A stretch of DNA of 64,000 nt, taken from NCBI GenBank assembly GCA_963827655.1, contig CAWHCF010000002.1, positions 32,001 through 96,000 of the forward strand. The letters run 5' to 3'. Origin of the DNA: an uncultured Acidobacteriota bacterium. Its GTDB lineage: Bacteria; Acidobacteriota; UBA6911. Positions 32,911 to 42,766 of this stretch are shown here, in pieces. The position numbers and the translations under genes are program-made. Under the pieces are notes generated by a model. It made no database searches. It was not told the origin of the DNA and saw only the letters and a program-made list of their open reading frames with translations. Within the stretch, counting starts at the first letter, position 1, and each line of letters begins with the position of its first letter.

Positions 32911-34737
32911 CTACTGCTTGCCTATTTCGATCGCCAGTCCGTAGCTGTCACCAGGAATCCTGATCTCTATTCCTTGCACCATACCTCGTACCGCCTGAAC
33001 AATCTCACGCGCGATAGCAATTCCCTCCTGCTTCTCACTCTGGGGTGAACCCGCAGCCCGCATCCGCGCGAGCAGCGCATCGGGAATACTGAATCCCGGA
33101 ACTTCATTGTTCAGGAACTCTATCTCGTCGTAGCTGGACAGAGGCCGGATGCCCGCGATCAGAGGTATCTTGAGGTGCTCGGAGCGCCTCAGGAATGCTT
33201 CCAGCATCTCGGGCCGAAAGATCGGGGTTGTGATCGCGAAATGAGCTCCGGCTTCGACCTTGTATTCCAGCCGCCGGACCTCCTCTTCGAGCTTCAGGGC
33301 TGCCAGATCCACCGTTACGCCCACAAAAAACCCGGTGGGGCGGGCAATCCTTTTTCCCCCCAGATCGCGCCCCTGGTTGAGACTCGCGACCAGGTGCGAC
33401 CCGCCTATCGAGTCCACATCATGAACTGCAGTCGCATCGACGTAGTCTCCGATCCGCAATGGTTCTCCGGTCGAGAGGCACAGATTCCGAAGCCCCATGG
33501 CATAAGCGCCCAGTAACTCCGACTGCATCGACAGCAAACTCCGGTCGCCACATGTGTAGTGAAGTACCGGTTCCACTCCCGACTGAGCCTGAATCACCAC
33601 AGCGAGTGCCATCGCGCCCATGCTGGCGCTCGAGCGCGGCGCCTCGGAGACTCTCACTGCATCGACGCCGGCCTCCTTGAGACGGCTTACTCCTTCGATC
33701 GCGTGAGCAGGATCGCCTCCGCGCGGCGGCACGATATCGACCAGGAGGACGCGCTCCTTTCGGAGAATACGCTGCGCGAGCCGGCTGCGCTGTTCCGTTG
33801 GAATCACCTCTACCGCAGGTTGGTCGTCGGCTTGCAGCACGGCGACCGTCTTGCCCGTCACCGGCCGCAGCGCTCGAACTGCGCTGCGAATTGACTTGAT
33901 GTGGGCCGGCGTGGTGCCGCAGCATCCTCCGACCACCCGGACTCCGGCTCGAATGAATCGCCTCGCGTAGCTGGTTATGTATTCCGGAGACGAGAGGTAG
34001 AGGTTTCGTCCCTCGAAGCTTCGGGGCTTTCCGGCATTGGGCTGCGCAACCAGCTTCCGGGTCACCACGGTAGCCATCCGTTCCATGCTCTCCAGCATGA
34101 CCTGAGGACCCACTCCGCAGTTCGCCCCTATAATGTCGGCCCCCCAGCTCTCGAGCTGGCGTCCGAAGGTCTCCGGAGGGGAGCCATCCAGGCTATTGCC
34201 GTCCTCCTCCAGCGTCAGCTGAGCCATGATGGGAAGATCGCTTACTTCTTTTGCCGCCAGGATCGCGGCGTGAATTTCATTCAGGTCGAAGAATGTCTCA
34301 AGGCAAAGCAAATCGACTCCAGCTTCCACCAGGGCGCCAATCTGTTCCACGAATATGGCACGGGCCTCATCCACTCCCATCTTCCCGTAGGGTTCGATTC
34401 GGATTCCTAAAGGTCCGACCGATCCACCGACGTATGCCGAAGCTCCGGCGACTTCTCTCGCAATCCTGGCGCCGGCCGAATTTATGTCACCCACGCGGTC
34501 TGCCAGACCGTGAGGTTCCAATTTGATACGGTTGGCGCCGAACGTGTTGGTCTCCAGGATTTCCGCACCCGCCCACATATATTCCTGGTGAACGTCGCGC
34601 ACCAGAGACGGATGGCTCAGATTCAGCTCGTCGAAGCAGCGGTTCAGGAACACTCCCTTCGAATAGAGCTGGGTCCCCATCGCGCCGTCGCACACCACGA
34701 CGCTTTCATCCAGGTACTCCAGGAAAGGTTTGAGCAT
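32911..34737 (-). CDS. Bifunctional homocysteine S-methyltransferase / methylenetetrahydrofolate reductase (YitJ-like)
   Basis: DGAMGT, ETNTFGAN, GANC, PNAG, GGCCGTTP, then MTHFR-like domain (YKVEAGA). Confidence 0.9.
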   Translation of the reverse strand: MLKPFLEYLDESVVVCDGAMGTQLYSKGVFLNRCFDELNLSHPSLVRDVHQEYMWAGAEILETNTFGANRIKLEPHGLADRVGDINSAGARIAREVAGASAYVGGSVGPLGIRIEPYGKMGVDEARAIFVEQIGALVEAGVDLLCLETFFDLNEIHAAILAAKEVSDLPIMAQLTLEEDGNSLDGSPPETFGRQLESWGADIIGANCGVGPQVMLESMERMATVVTRKLVAQPNAGKPRSFEGRNLYLSSPEYITSYARRFIRAGVRVVGGCCGTTPAHIKSIRSAVRALRPVTGKTVAVLQADDQPAVEVIPTEQRSRLAQRILRKERVLLVDIVPPRGGDPAHAIEGVSRLKEAGVDAVRVSEAPRSSASMGAMALAVVIQAQSGVEPVLHYTCGDRSLLSMQSELLGAYAMGLRNLCLSTGEPLRIGDYVDATAVHDVDSIGGSHLVASLNQGRDLGGKRIARPTGFFVGVTVDLAALKLEEEVRRLEYKVEAGAHFAITTPIFRPEMLEAFLRRSEHLKIPLIAGIRPLSSYDEIEFLNNEVPGFSIPDALLARMRAAGSPQSEKQEGIAIAREIVQAVRGMVQGIEIRIPGDSYGLAIEIGKQ

Positions 34738-34799
34738 GCGTGAAATCTTATCACCACGGAGGGGGATTTTCGATTGACGAGTGAGGAGACCTGCACTTA

Positions 34800-34921
34800 G
34801 GGTTGCTTGCGAGCGCCTTCGGTGACCAGCAGGCGCAGGCAAGTTTCCTGGAATCTGCGCATTTCGCGGCTGCGGCCCGAAGCGCCTGCAGCGGAATGTG
34901 AACCTATTCCTGCGCGAACCC
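34800..34921. mobile_element. Degenerate copy of the 11326-11464 MITE
   Basis: Right end CCTGCAGCGGAATGTGAACCTATTCCTGCGCGAACCC matches CCTGCAGCAGAATGCGAACTTATTTCTGCGCGAACCC; left end retains only TTA|GGGTT. Confidence 0.6.
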
Positions 34922-35205
34922 TTGGGCAGCGCGCCCATGCACTCCCGAAAATTTTTGCTGACTTCGGGTGGTAGGTTGCGACCAATGTTAGGATTTACAG
35001 CGGTCAATACCTTATAAATAAGCCTGCACCCGTGAGAACTTGAGCAATTCAAGACATCGGTTTGACGTCGTGCAGTGTGAACGACCTCGCGCGCGAAGGC
35101 CCTTTTCAAGGTGGGCAGGTCAGTAGAACCGACTTTCAGGCGGCGCCGGCCGAAGCCGGGACTACGAATTTGACCGAACCTTGAGCTTTGCCAGGACATC
35201 GAGTC

Positions 35206-36618
35206 ATGAATCGAATGAAGTCCAGATCAATTGTGAAACTCCTTGTTTCCATGGCTCTCCTTGGCTCGATGGATCCGATTTGTCTGGGGCAAACGCCAGC
35301 TTTCCGGATCTATCTGCCGAACCTGGCGGAAGAAGATTGGAGCTTCCTCAAAGATCGGAGCAAATCGGTAGATTTCTGGGATCCGGTCAAATACATCTCG
35401 CTTGGCGCGGAGGATCGATTTCTCACGCTAGCCGGGGAAATCCGATTCAGGCCGGAGGGGTTTCGGATTCGTGGTACTGGAGACATCCCGACCACACGGG
35501 ACGGCTACCTTCTTCAGCGTTATCTCCTTGGAGCCGATTTTCACTTGAACCGGCGGTTTCGCTTTTACACTGAAATCCAGAGCGGCCTCATCAATGGAAG
35601 ACTGAACTCGCCTCGGCCAACCGACAAGAACTCTTTAGACCTGCATCAGACATTCTTCGAATGGAAAGAAAAGCTCCGTGAGGACCGGGAATTCAGCCTG
35701 AGGGCAGGCCGGCAAGAACTGACTATCGGAAGCAGCCGGCTGATTTCGGCAAGTCCTGGCTTGAACGTCAAGCGCAGTTTCGATGGAGTGGTTCTAGCCT
35801 TTAAAGGCAAGACCTGGCATGTGGATGCCGGATTTGCAAGATTGGTAGCCCTTTCGCAAGGAGTGTTTGATGACCTCCCGGATCATGAACAGACCTTTTG
35901 GGGGATTGCATTGGCCCGAAGAAGCTCACGCGTCAAGCAAGGGCAATTGGGCTTCTACTACCTCGGGTTGGATCGGGCAAGTTCCATTTATGCTCAGGGT
36001 ACTGGGCGCGAGCAGCGTCACACCGTTGGAGCCAAATGGTCCGCCTCATGGTCGCGACTCGACCTCGACTATGACGGTATCTTTCAGTGGGGAACCTTTT
36101 CCCGCGCGCGTATCAAGGCTTGGGCTTTCTCGACCGAAACGGGCTACCGGATTTCCCAGACGCACTGGAAGCCGCGCTTCACCGTCCGGTCAAACAGTGC
36201 CTCGGGAGACAAAGATCCGGCTGATCCCAGACTGCAGGCATTCAACCCGCTGTTCCCAGGGAATAGCTATGCTGGAGCCGTTGGATTGTTCGGCCCCACA
36301 AATCTTACCGACCTGACACCTGCCTTCGCGATGGTTCCTCATGAGAAAATCCTGCTTATCGTCGAATGCCCGAACTACTGGAGGACGTCACTTCAAGATG
36401 GGATCTACAATACCAATCTGAGGCTGTTAATCCAGCCCGGCGTCGGTCAGGGGCGTTATGTCGGGAGTAACCCGGGCATCGTACCTATTTGGCGGGTTAC
36501 GCGTCACATCACGATCCAGGGAGCGGTCACTCGTTTCCTTTCCGGAGGCTTTCTGGAAAGAACTTTCGTGGCCAATGGCTTTGGATTTTATTCTTTGTCC
36601 GTTATCTATCGATTTTGA
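35206..36618 (+). CDS. Alginate export (AlgE-like) outer-membrane beta-barrel protein
   Basis: Signal peptide, D.WDPVKYI.L, DLHQ.F, RAGRQE..GS.RL, FNPLFP, C-terminal YRF. Confidence 0.82.
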   Translation: MNRMKSRSIVKLLVSMALLGSMDPICLGQTPAFRIYLPNLAEEDWSFLKDRSKSVDFWDPVKYISLGAEDRFLTLAGEIRFRPEGFRIRGTGDIPTTRDGYLLQRYLLGADFHLNRRFRFYTEIQSGLINGRLNSPRPTDKNSLDLHQTFFEWKEKLREDREFSLRAGRQELTIGSSRLISASPGLNVKRSFDGVVLAFKGKTWHVDAGFARLVALSQGVFDDLPDHEQTFWGIALARRSSRVKQGQLGFYYLGLDRASSIYAQGTGREQRHTVGAKWSASWSRLDLDYDGIFQWGTFSRARIKAWAFSTETGYRISQTHWKPRFTVRSNSASGDKDPADPRLQAFNPLFPGNSYAGAVGLFGPTNLTDLTPAFAMVPHEKILLIVECPNYWRTSLQDGIYNTNLRLLIQPGVGQGRYVGSNPGIVPIWRVTRHITIQGAVTRFLSGGFLERTFVANGFGFYSLSVIYRF

Positions 36619-36759
36619 CCTTCAGAGACGGGATTTGCTTCTTGGGTACAAAACAAATACAGACACCAAGACACGAAGAAACACTAAGACACGCTGTTCG
36701 CCATCCAGCATCCTCGTCGCGTGCCCTGGCGCCTTCGCGGTTAATGAAGCCCGGCCGAA

Positions 36760-37995
36760 TCAACTCGCCACGAGAACCTCCCGAATGCGACGGGCGACGA
36801 TGCGGTACTCCTTGGGCTGAAGCATCCATACGGCGAGTTCCAGCACCGGATCCTCCTCGCTGGAAGGGCGCACCTCGATCCGTGGTTCCCCATCGCGCAA
36901 GCGCGCGGCGACATCTTTTCGTTTCAAAGGCAAAACCTTCGGATCCCACTGAATGCGGGCGTGAGGCACCTCGTTCGCGATTTCGGGCATGAACATTTCG
37001 CTTTTGGTTACCCCTGGGATACTGGACGCCGTCTTGACAATGAAATCAACCTGCTGCTCCCATTCTTTCAACTGCGCCTTGTGATCCCGCTTCAAGAAGA
37101 GTTCGACCGCGGTAAGGAGCCCGACTATTTCCTCTTTGCCCACCTTGGCCGTGCGTCCGATGGTATCGGAGTGAGGCGATCCGTTCAGGTACGCCGCCTC
37201 GATCAGGTCCTTGCGTCCGAGGAGCAGCCCCGAACATTGCGGACCTTGCAGTCCCTTGCCTCCGCTGAAGCAAACAAGATCAAATCCCATCTTGTTGTAC
37301 TCGCCCAGGCGGGATGCCGGCGGAACGTCGGCCGCTGCATCGATCATGGTGGGAACACCGGCCTTCTTACCGATTTCGACAAACTCGGCACGCTTGACGG
37401 AGCCTTTCGGATCGGCGCTGTTGAGAAAGAGCATCATTGCTGTCCGCGCCCCAAGAGCGTTCCTCATTTGTTCGCTTCCCTCTACCTCGACCAGCTTGAC
37501 TCCCACGGCCCGTACGGCGTGGTCGTAGCCGAAGCGATGGGTCTTCTGGATGACGACCTGGTCTTTGATCCCTTGCAGGTCAGGGAGATTCTTGATTCGC
37601 TCCTGATCCTTTCCGGCCACGCATGCTGCCGTGCCGAGAGTCAGGGATCCGGCGGCTCCTGAAGTTACCAGCGCGGCTTCCACTCCCACCAGCTGGGCAA
37701 TTCTCTTTCCGACTGCATCGTGCAGTTCCGGTATGGAGACATGTACCTGAGCGGCTTCTTCCATGGCTTCGCGAACTTCGGGCGGGACGAGACAGGCGCT
37801 GAGCGTGGTATACGTTCCGGCGGCATTGATTAAAGGCCGAATCCCCAGGCGTGTATAAACGTTCTTCGCCGAACTGAATCCAGCCCGCGGTGACGCCGCC
37901 AGCAAGCGCGGCCAGTAACTCTGGGTTACGAAGGACAGAAGCCCGGCACTCCAGAAAAAGCGCCGGCGCCCCAACCGTAGCGTGTCATTAATCAT
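36760..37995 (-). CDS. SelA/DgaE-like PLP-dependent enzyme with Tat-type signal
   Basis: RRRFF N-terminus, INAAGTYT, DAAA, FSGGK (PLP lysine), GPQCSG, KVGKEE. Confidence 0.8.
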   Translation of the reverse strand: MINDTLRLGRRRFFWSAGLLSFVTQSYWPRLLAASPRAGFSSAKNVYTRLGIRPLINAAGTYTTLSACLVPPEVREAMEEAAQVHVSIPELHDAVGKRIAQLVGVEAALVTSGAAGSLTLGTAACVAGKDQERIKNLPDLQGIKDQVVIQKTHRFGYDHAVRAVGVKLVEVEGSEQMRNALGARTAMMLFLNSADPKGSVKRAEFVEIGKKAGVPTMIDAAADVPPASRLGEYNKMGFDLVCFSGGKGLQGPQCSGLLLGRKDLIEAAYLNGSPHSDTIGRTAKVGKEEIVGLLTAVELFLKRDHKAQLKEWEQQVDFIVKTASSIPGVTKSEMFMPEIANEVPHARIQWDPKVLPLKRKDVAARLRDGEPRIEVRPSSEEDPVLELAVWMLQPKEYRIVARRIREVLVAS

Positions 37996-38015
37996 ACTGC
38001 TACCCTCCTGAAATT

Positions 38016-38105
38016 CGGTGACAGGCTACGCTTTTCCCGATTTTTTGCCACCCTCGTTGCGCAGGATGCAATCGGCGTAATCGGGAAAAGCGTAGCCTGT
38101 CACCG
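38016..38105. repeat. Perfect 27-bp inverted repeat with 36-nt spacer (REPIN-like)
   Basis: CGGTGACAGGCTACGCTTTTCCCGATT (38016-38042) / AATCGGGAAAAGCGTAGCCTGTCACCG (38079-38105). Confidence 0.9.
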
Positions 38106-39194
38106 TTTTGTTTTGCCGATTACCTCCAATAGGCCCTGAACCAGTAAAGGCAACACTAAAGTTGCATCTGAAAGGACTTCGGCGAAACGGCCGCCCTCTT
38201 CCCGAGGAACGAACTTTCCCCAGGACACGCCTTCCGAATACGTGCAGCCACTCAGTCCGCCCCAATAGTCAGGCTCGGGACAGATTCTCACCCCATACTT
38301 GAACCGGGGGGGAGTAAATGCGGTTCCGACCCGAACATTGGTGATTTCCATGTACGGGCCGGCCTGCTGCGCCCAGTTTCGAGGCACGCCTCCGCCGATC
38401 GTGAAGATGCCGAGAGTCTTCGCGCCCATTACATTGCGCGTGTAGCTGTTCAAATCAAGATACGGGTTGAACGCCGGCGCGAAGGAGGTGCATTCGGCGA
38501 GTGTAGCCTTGGCTTTTTTCTTCTTGCGCTCGCCGTATCGCGATTCCATCCCCTGCCGCATAGCCCAGGTCGAGATATCCAGGCCCAGCTCCGAGTCGGT
38601 GAAAGCGGGAATGTAAACCGGAACGCCTTTCTGATACGCGCTTTTGAGAATGCCGTCACCCTGGTGGTCCTGGGCCAGTGTGCGGCCCAGTTCGCGCGTC
38701 AGAAACTCCGAATAGAGTACGGCGCCCTTCGGAATTCGCTCCAGAGTGGCAGAGACAACCCGCTCGACGCTGTTGAGATTCGCCTCCATCTCCAGCGTGT
38801 CGTAGACGCGGTTGTAGCCCTTTGCGAAAAGCTCTGCGTCGTTCATTCTGGAATCGGCCTTGTAATGCGTGCCGCCGATCGACTCGCTGAAACCGTGGGC
38901 CATCAGGGCCCCGGTCGAAACCACAGCGTGAATCATTTCGTGATCGATCATGCGGCAGATGATCGTTCCCATCTTGGCAATGGTCATTGCTCCCGAAAAC
39001 GTGCCCACCACGTAGCAATCGGGGTCGACGATCATCTCCTTCATTATGTCAAACGCCTCTCCTAACCGCCGGCCGCCGAACGAGGTGTCTCCCATTGCCT
39101 CGAGGAGATCGGCAAACGACTTGATCCGGTCGGGATTAAGCGAGGCCAGTGCAACCAGTCCGTCCTCTCTACCGTCATGGAGTTTTCGCCGCAT
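38100..39194 (-). CDS. Deoxyhypusine synthase family protein
   Basis: VSTGA, PAFTDSELG, IGGGVPRNW, GGLSGCTYSEGVSWGK, SDAT. Confidence 0.88.
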   Translation of the reverse strand: MRRKLHDGREDGLVALASLNPDRIKSFADLLEAMGDTSFGGRRLGEAFDIMKEMIVDPDCYVVGTFSGAMTIAKMGTIICRMIDHEMIHAVVSTGALMAHGFSESIGGTHYKADSRMNDAELFAKGYNRVYDTLEMEANLNSVERVVSATLERIPKGAVLYSEFLTRELGRTLAQDHQGDGILKSAYQKGVPVYIPAFTDSELGLDISTWAMRQGMESRYGERKKKKAKATLAECTSFAPAFNPYLDLNSYTRNVMGAKTLGIFTIGGGVPRNWAQQAGPYMEITNVRVGTAFTPPRFKYGVRICPEPDYWGGLSGCTYSEGVSWGKFVPREEGGRFAEVLSDATLVLPLLVQGLLEVIGKTKR

Positions 39195-39660
39195 CAGGAA
39201 GCCTGGTGGCTCATCGCTCCCTTTATGGAATCGACAACCTGTTCAAGGGAAAGGCGATCGGTGTTGAACACAAGATCGTATGAGCAGGGATCGTCCGGAT
39301 CCCGCTTGAAATGGTGGTGAACGAAATTCCGGCGCTCGCTGTCGCATTGACGCATACGCCGACGAGCTTCGTCCGGCGTGGTATTCATAGCGCCCTCCAG
39401 GGAAAATTCGGTTGCGCAGGTGCTGCGTGTATGGATAGCATCATCAGACGTACGCTCGCAATTTTTGAGCTCGCACTGGTAACCACCAAGACAAGGGTCT
39501 TGTACAAGGACTCGTGATAATCTTCGACGCCAAAAGAGCCCCTGAGTCATTCGACAACGCTGCACGGTATCATGGACTAGACTCTGGGCGCGCCATCGAG
39601 CTCCTGAACCAGGCTCTGGCGGACGTGACTGTTTCTGGCGATATGGTCGACGATCGCACG
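39194..39660 (-). pseudogene. Decayed cytidylate kinase-like family gene
   Basis: Fragments in different frames: IVDHIARNSHVRQSLVQELD and EARRRMRQCDSERRNFVHHHFKRDPDDPCSYDLVFNTDRL; no P-loop start visible. Confidence 0.5.
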
Positions 39661-39712
39661 AGCAAGACATGCCGCCCAGGTACAAGGCGCAAGCCGAGGT
39701 TACGCTGCGTCG

Positions 39713-39910
39713 CGCCCTGAAAGGGCGAAGGAAATTGCCGGGGGTTGAGCGAAGCGCCTGCCCCCGGTTGACACCAGCAAAGAGATCGCGCCGAGAGGCG
39801 CGCGCGGCTCCTCAATGCTCCTGCGCCTTTCAGGGCGCGTGGACACAATCCCGCAAACCCGGGCTGCGCTTCGCTGCCCGGGGCTCATTTCCGTACGCCC
39901 CTCCGGGGCG
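39713..39910. repeat. Nested palindromic REP/BIME-like element
   Basis: CGCCCTGAAAGGGCG ... GCGCCTTTCAGGGCGC ... CGCCCCTCCGGGGCG, with inner AGCGAAGCG / CGCTTCGCT inverted arms. Confidence 0.75.
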
Positions 39911-40078
39911 GTTAGCGCTCAAAAGCCAGACACGTTACGTATTTTGCGCGACTAAGGTTCGTTCGGGACTTCGCCCCGAACGAAGGCCCCTTGTGAACGA
40001 CAACATGTTGGTTTGAACGTTCACTAAGCGCCTAAGACACCAAGAGTCGTGGCAAAAAAGCATGCGGGGAGATAGCAG

Positions 40079-40453
40079 GTGGAAAGGACGTTTGCCGCAT
40101 TGGGCGCCGTATCGGCATTTCTCGCCGTCGCAGCCGGAGCGTTCGGGGCTCACGGCTTGCGGCAACGCCTTTCTGCGGATATGCTCGCCGTCTTTGAAGT
40201 CGCCGTACGCTACCAGATGTATCACGCTCTGGCTTTGCTGGCTGTGAGCTGGGCTCAGACTCGATGGCCCGGGCCTGCCCTTCAACTTTCAGGTTATGCA
40301 TTTGTGGCGGGCACGATTCTTTTTTCGGGGAGTTTGTACCTCTTGTCCCTGACCGGCGCCCGCTGGCTGGGGGCCATCACACCTCTCGGCGGGCTGGCCT
40401 TCCTGGTGGGATGGCTCGCGTTCGCCTGGGCTGTGTGGAAATACGGAGCCTGA
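40079..40453 (+). CDS. DUF423 (YgdD/TMEM256) membrane protein
   Basis: GAFGAHGL, YQMYHAL, LFSGSLY, GAITPLGG. Confidence 0.9.
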   Translation: MERTFAALGAVSAFLAVAAGAFGAHGLRQRLSADMLAVFEVAVRYQMYHALALLAVSWAQTRWPGPALQLSGYAFVAGTILFSGSLYLLSLTGARWLGAITPLGGLAFLVGWLAFAWAVWKYGA

Positions 40454-40479
40454 GACTTCGGTCTTGCGAGACTTTCAAG

Positions 40480-40686
40480 ATGAATGTTGAAGAGGCAAGA
40501 GAACAGTTCGGGCGCCGCATACAGCGGTGTTACGGCTGTTACGTCGCCTTCTACTTGAAGGACATGTGGTTGGGTGAAGGTGGAACTTTCTACTGCGCGA
40601 ATTGCAAGGACGATACCATGTTCCATTTCGATGATTTCTCGACCAGGATTGATTTCAGCAAACCCCCCAGCCCGCAGACTGAATAG
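40480..40686 (+). CDS. Small putative zinc-finger protein (68 aa)
   Basis: MNVEEAREQFGRRIQRCYGC...FYCANCKDD: two CxxC motifs; fills the gap between co-directional genes. Confidence 0.55.
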   Translation: MNVEEAREQFGRRIQRCYGCYVAFYLKDMWLGEGGTFYCANCKDDTMFHFDDFSTRIDFSKPPSPQTE

Positions 40687-40741
40687 CTCCAATTCGATCG
40701 CGAAGCCGCCAGGACGCGAAGCTGAAAGGAGACCTTGAGCA

Positions 40742-42708
40742 ATGAGCAGAAAGATTGCTTTGATGGTTTTGCTGAGCTGGCTTCCGTCCTCGACTGCCGC
40801 GGCGCAACAACCGGCGTAACGGCGCGGAAAACACCAATCCTGACGGTTGATAACCTGACCTTCAAAGATCTCAACAAGAACGGTGTGCTGGACAAGTATG
40901 AAGACTGGAGACTGCCGGTAGAGGTAAGGGTTGCGGACCTGGTATCGAAGATGACCCTCGCCGAGAAGGCCGGTCTGATGGTGCATTCATCGCTTCAGGG
41001 CTTCACAGGGCCAGCCGGGGTCGTGCTTGACGCGCCCGTCCGAAGCGGTCCGGAGTTGCTGGGTCCTGCGAATCGTCCAGGACCTCCGGGCGTAACTACC
41101 GCGGATCGGCCCTCTCCGAGAGAACTCATCCAGCAAAGGAACGTCAGGTGGGTCCGGGTCCGTCCGAGCCCCTGGGATGCGCCGGAGGTCACCGCGCGCT
41201 TTTCAAACGGCATGCAAGAGATCGCCGAAGGATCCCGCCTGGGCATACCCATCAGCTTCAGCTCGGATCCGAGGCACTCATCCCGCCGTTTCCAAGCCGC
41301 AGCCTCGGGCCCGCAGGGGAAACCCAATATTTCGCAGTGGCCCGAGCAAATCGGATTCGCTGCCATTGGCGATCCCAACGTGGTCAGAGAGTTCGGCCGG
41401 ATCGCTGCCCAGGAATATCGGGCCCTCGGCCTTCAAACCTCGTTATCTCCGATGGCCGATGTCGCGACGGAGCCTCGCTGGAATCGAGTGCCCGGAACAT
41501 TTGGCGAGGATGCCAAGCTGGCCGGCATACTGGTGAAGGCCTACGTTGAAGGCTTTCAGGGCAAACAATTGGGTCCGGAGAGCGTTATGTGTGTGGCCAG
41601 GCACTTCCCCGGCGGCGGTGCGGTGAAGGATGGGCCGGATTCGCACGACGAGTCTGGAAAGTGGCAGGCATATCCGGGAAAACACTTTGACTACCACCTG
41701 ATCCCGTTTCAGGCTGCGATTGAAGCAGGTACGGCCGGAATCATGCCAGGCTACGCGATTCCCGTTGGGGTCGACACCGTCGGAATGACCTTCTCGAAGA
41801 TCATCGTAACCGACCTGTTGCGCAGGAAGTACGGATTCAACGGTTTGGTAGTTACCGATTGGCTGAGAAGTGTGCCCTGGGGCGTCGAGCACTTGACGGA
41901 AAAGGAACGGCAACGGCTCATCGTCGAAGCCGGCGTAGATCAGATTGGCGGAGACAGCAATCCCCGCTACATTATCGAAATGGTCAAAGAAGGCGCCGTT
42001 CCGGAAAGGCGGATAGATGACTCGGCCAGGAGAGTTCTCAAACCGCTGTTCCAATTGGGCCTGTTTGAGAATCCGTATGTCGATCCCGACCGCGCCCGGT
42101 CTATTGTGGCCAGCAGCCATTTCATGCAGGCAGGAGAAAAAGCCCAGAGAAAATCGATTGTGCTTTTGAAGAACGCGAACAGGCTGCTGCCGTTACCCGG
42201 AAACACAAAGTTGTATGTCGAAAACATGAGCAAGGACGCCGCGGCCCAGTATGGCACTCTGGTCGACGATCCGAAAAATGCCCACGCGGCAATTATCAAG
42301 GTAACCGCGCCCTACGCATTGCGCCCGGTCGGCGGTCGCCTTGCAAGAGGAGCGCACGAAGGAACCCTGGCCTATGCCGGAGCCCACAATGCGAAGGAAC
42401 TCGAGGCTATCAAGAGGATCGCTTCCTCCGGAACACCCACAATCGTTGTCATGTATATGGACCGTCCCGCGGTCCTTTCCGAGTTCATCGACGAGGTTCG
42501 CGCCGTGCTGGCCCACTTCAGCTCCAACGACAACACCATCCTCGACATCGTGTTCGGCCGGCACCGTCCCGGCGGGAAGCTGCCATTCAATCTGCCCAGA
42601 GACAGCGCATCGGTAGCAAAACAATACCCGGATGTGCCTCACGACCTGGAAAATCCTCTCTTCCGATTCGGATTTGGCCTATCCTACGGAACGGAAATCC
42701 GGCGGTAG
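40742..42708 (+). CDS. Secreted GH3 beta-glucosidase-like hydrolase; signal peptide is out of frame (shift near 40812)
   Basis: FKDLNKNGVLDKYEDWRL, SRLGIP..SSDPRH, HFPGGG, VTDW nucleophile, GKLPF; MSRKIALMVLLSWLPSSTAAAQ in adjacent frame. Confidence 0.88.
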
Positions 42709-42766
42709 GGCAAAAGCAACCTCGTTTGTTGGCCGCCGATGACGAACCTTCACAGGAGGAAAACAA

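Noticed and set aside
34740-35200. SAM riboswitch upstream of the yitJ-like gene; 762-aa N-terminal extension
   Set aside because: No SAM-I consensus found; the extension translates MITE and intergenic DNA, real start is 34737
36760-37995. True selenocysteine synthase SelA
   Set aside because: Has a Tat-like leader, lacks the SelA tRNA-binding N-domain, and no selB/selC/selD nearby
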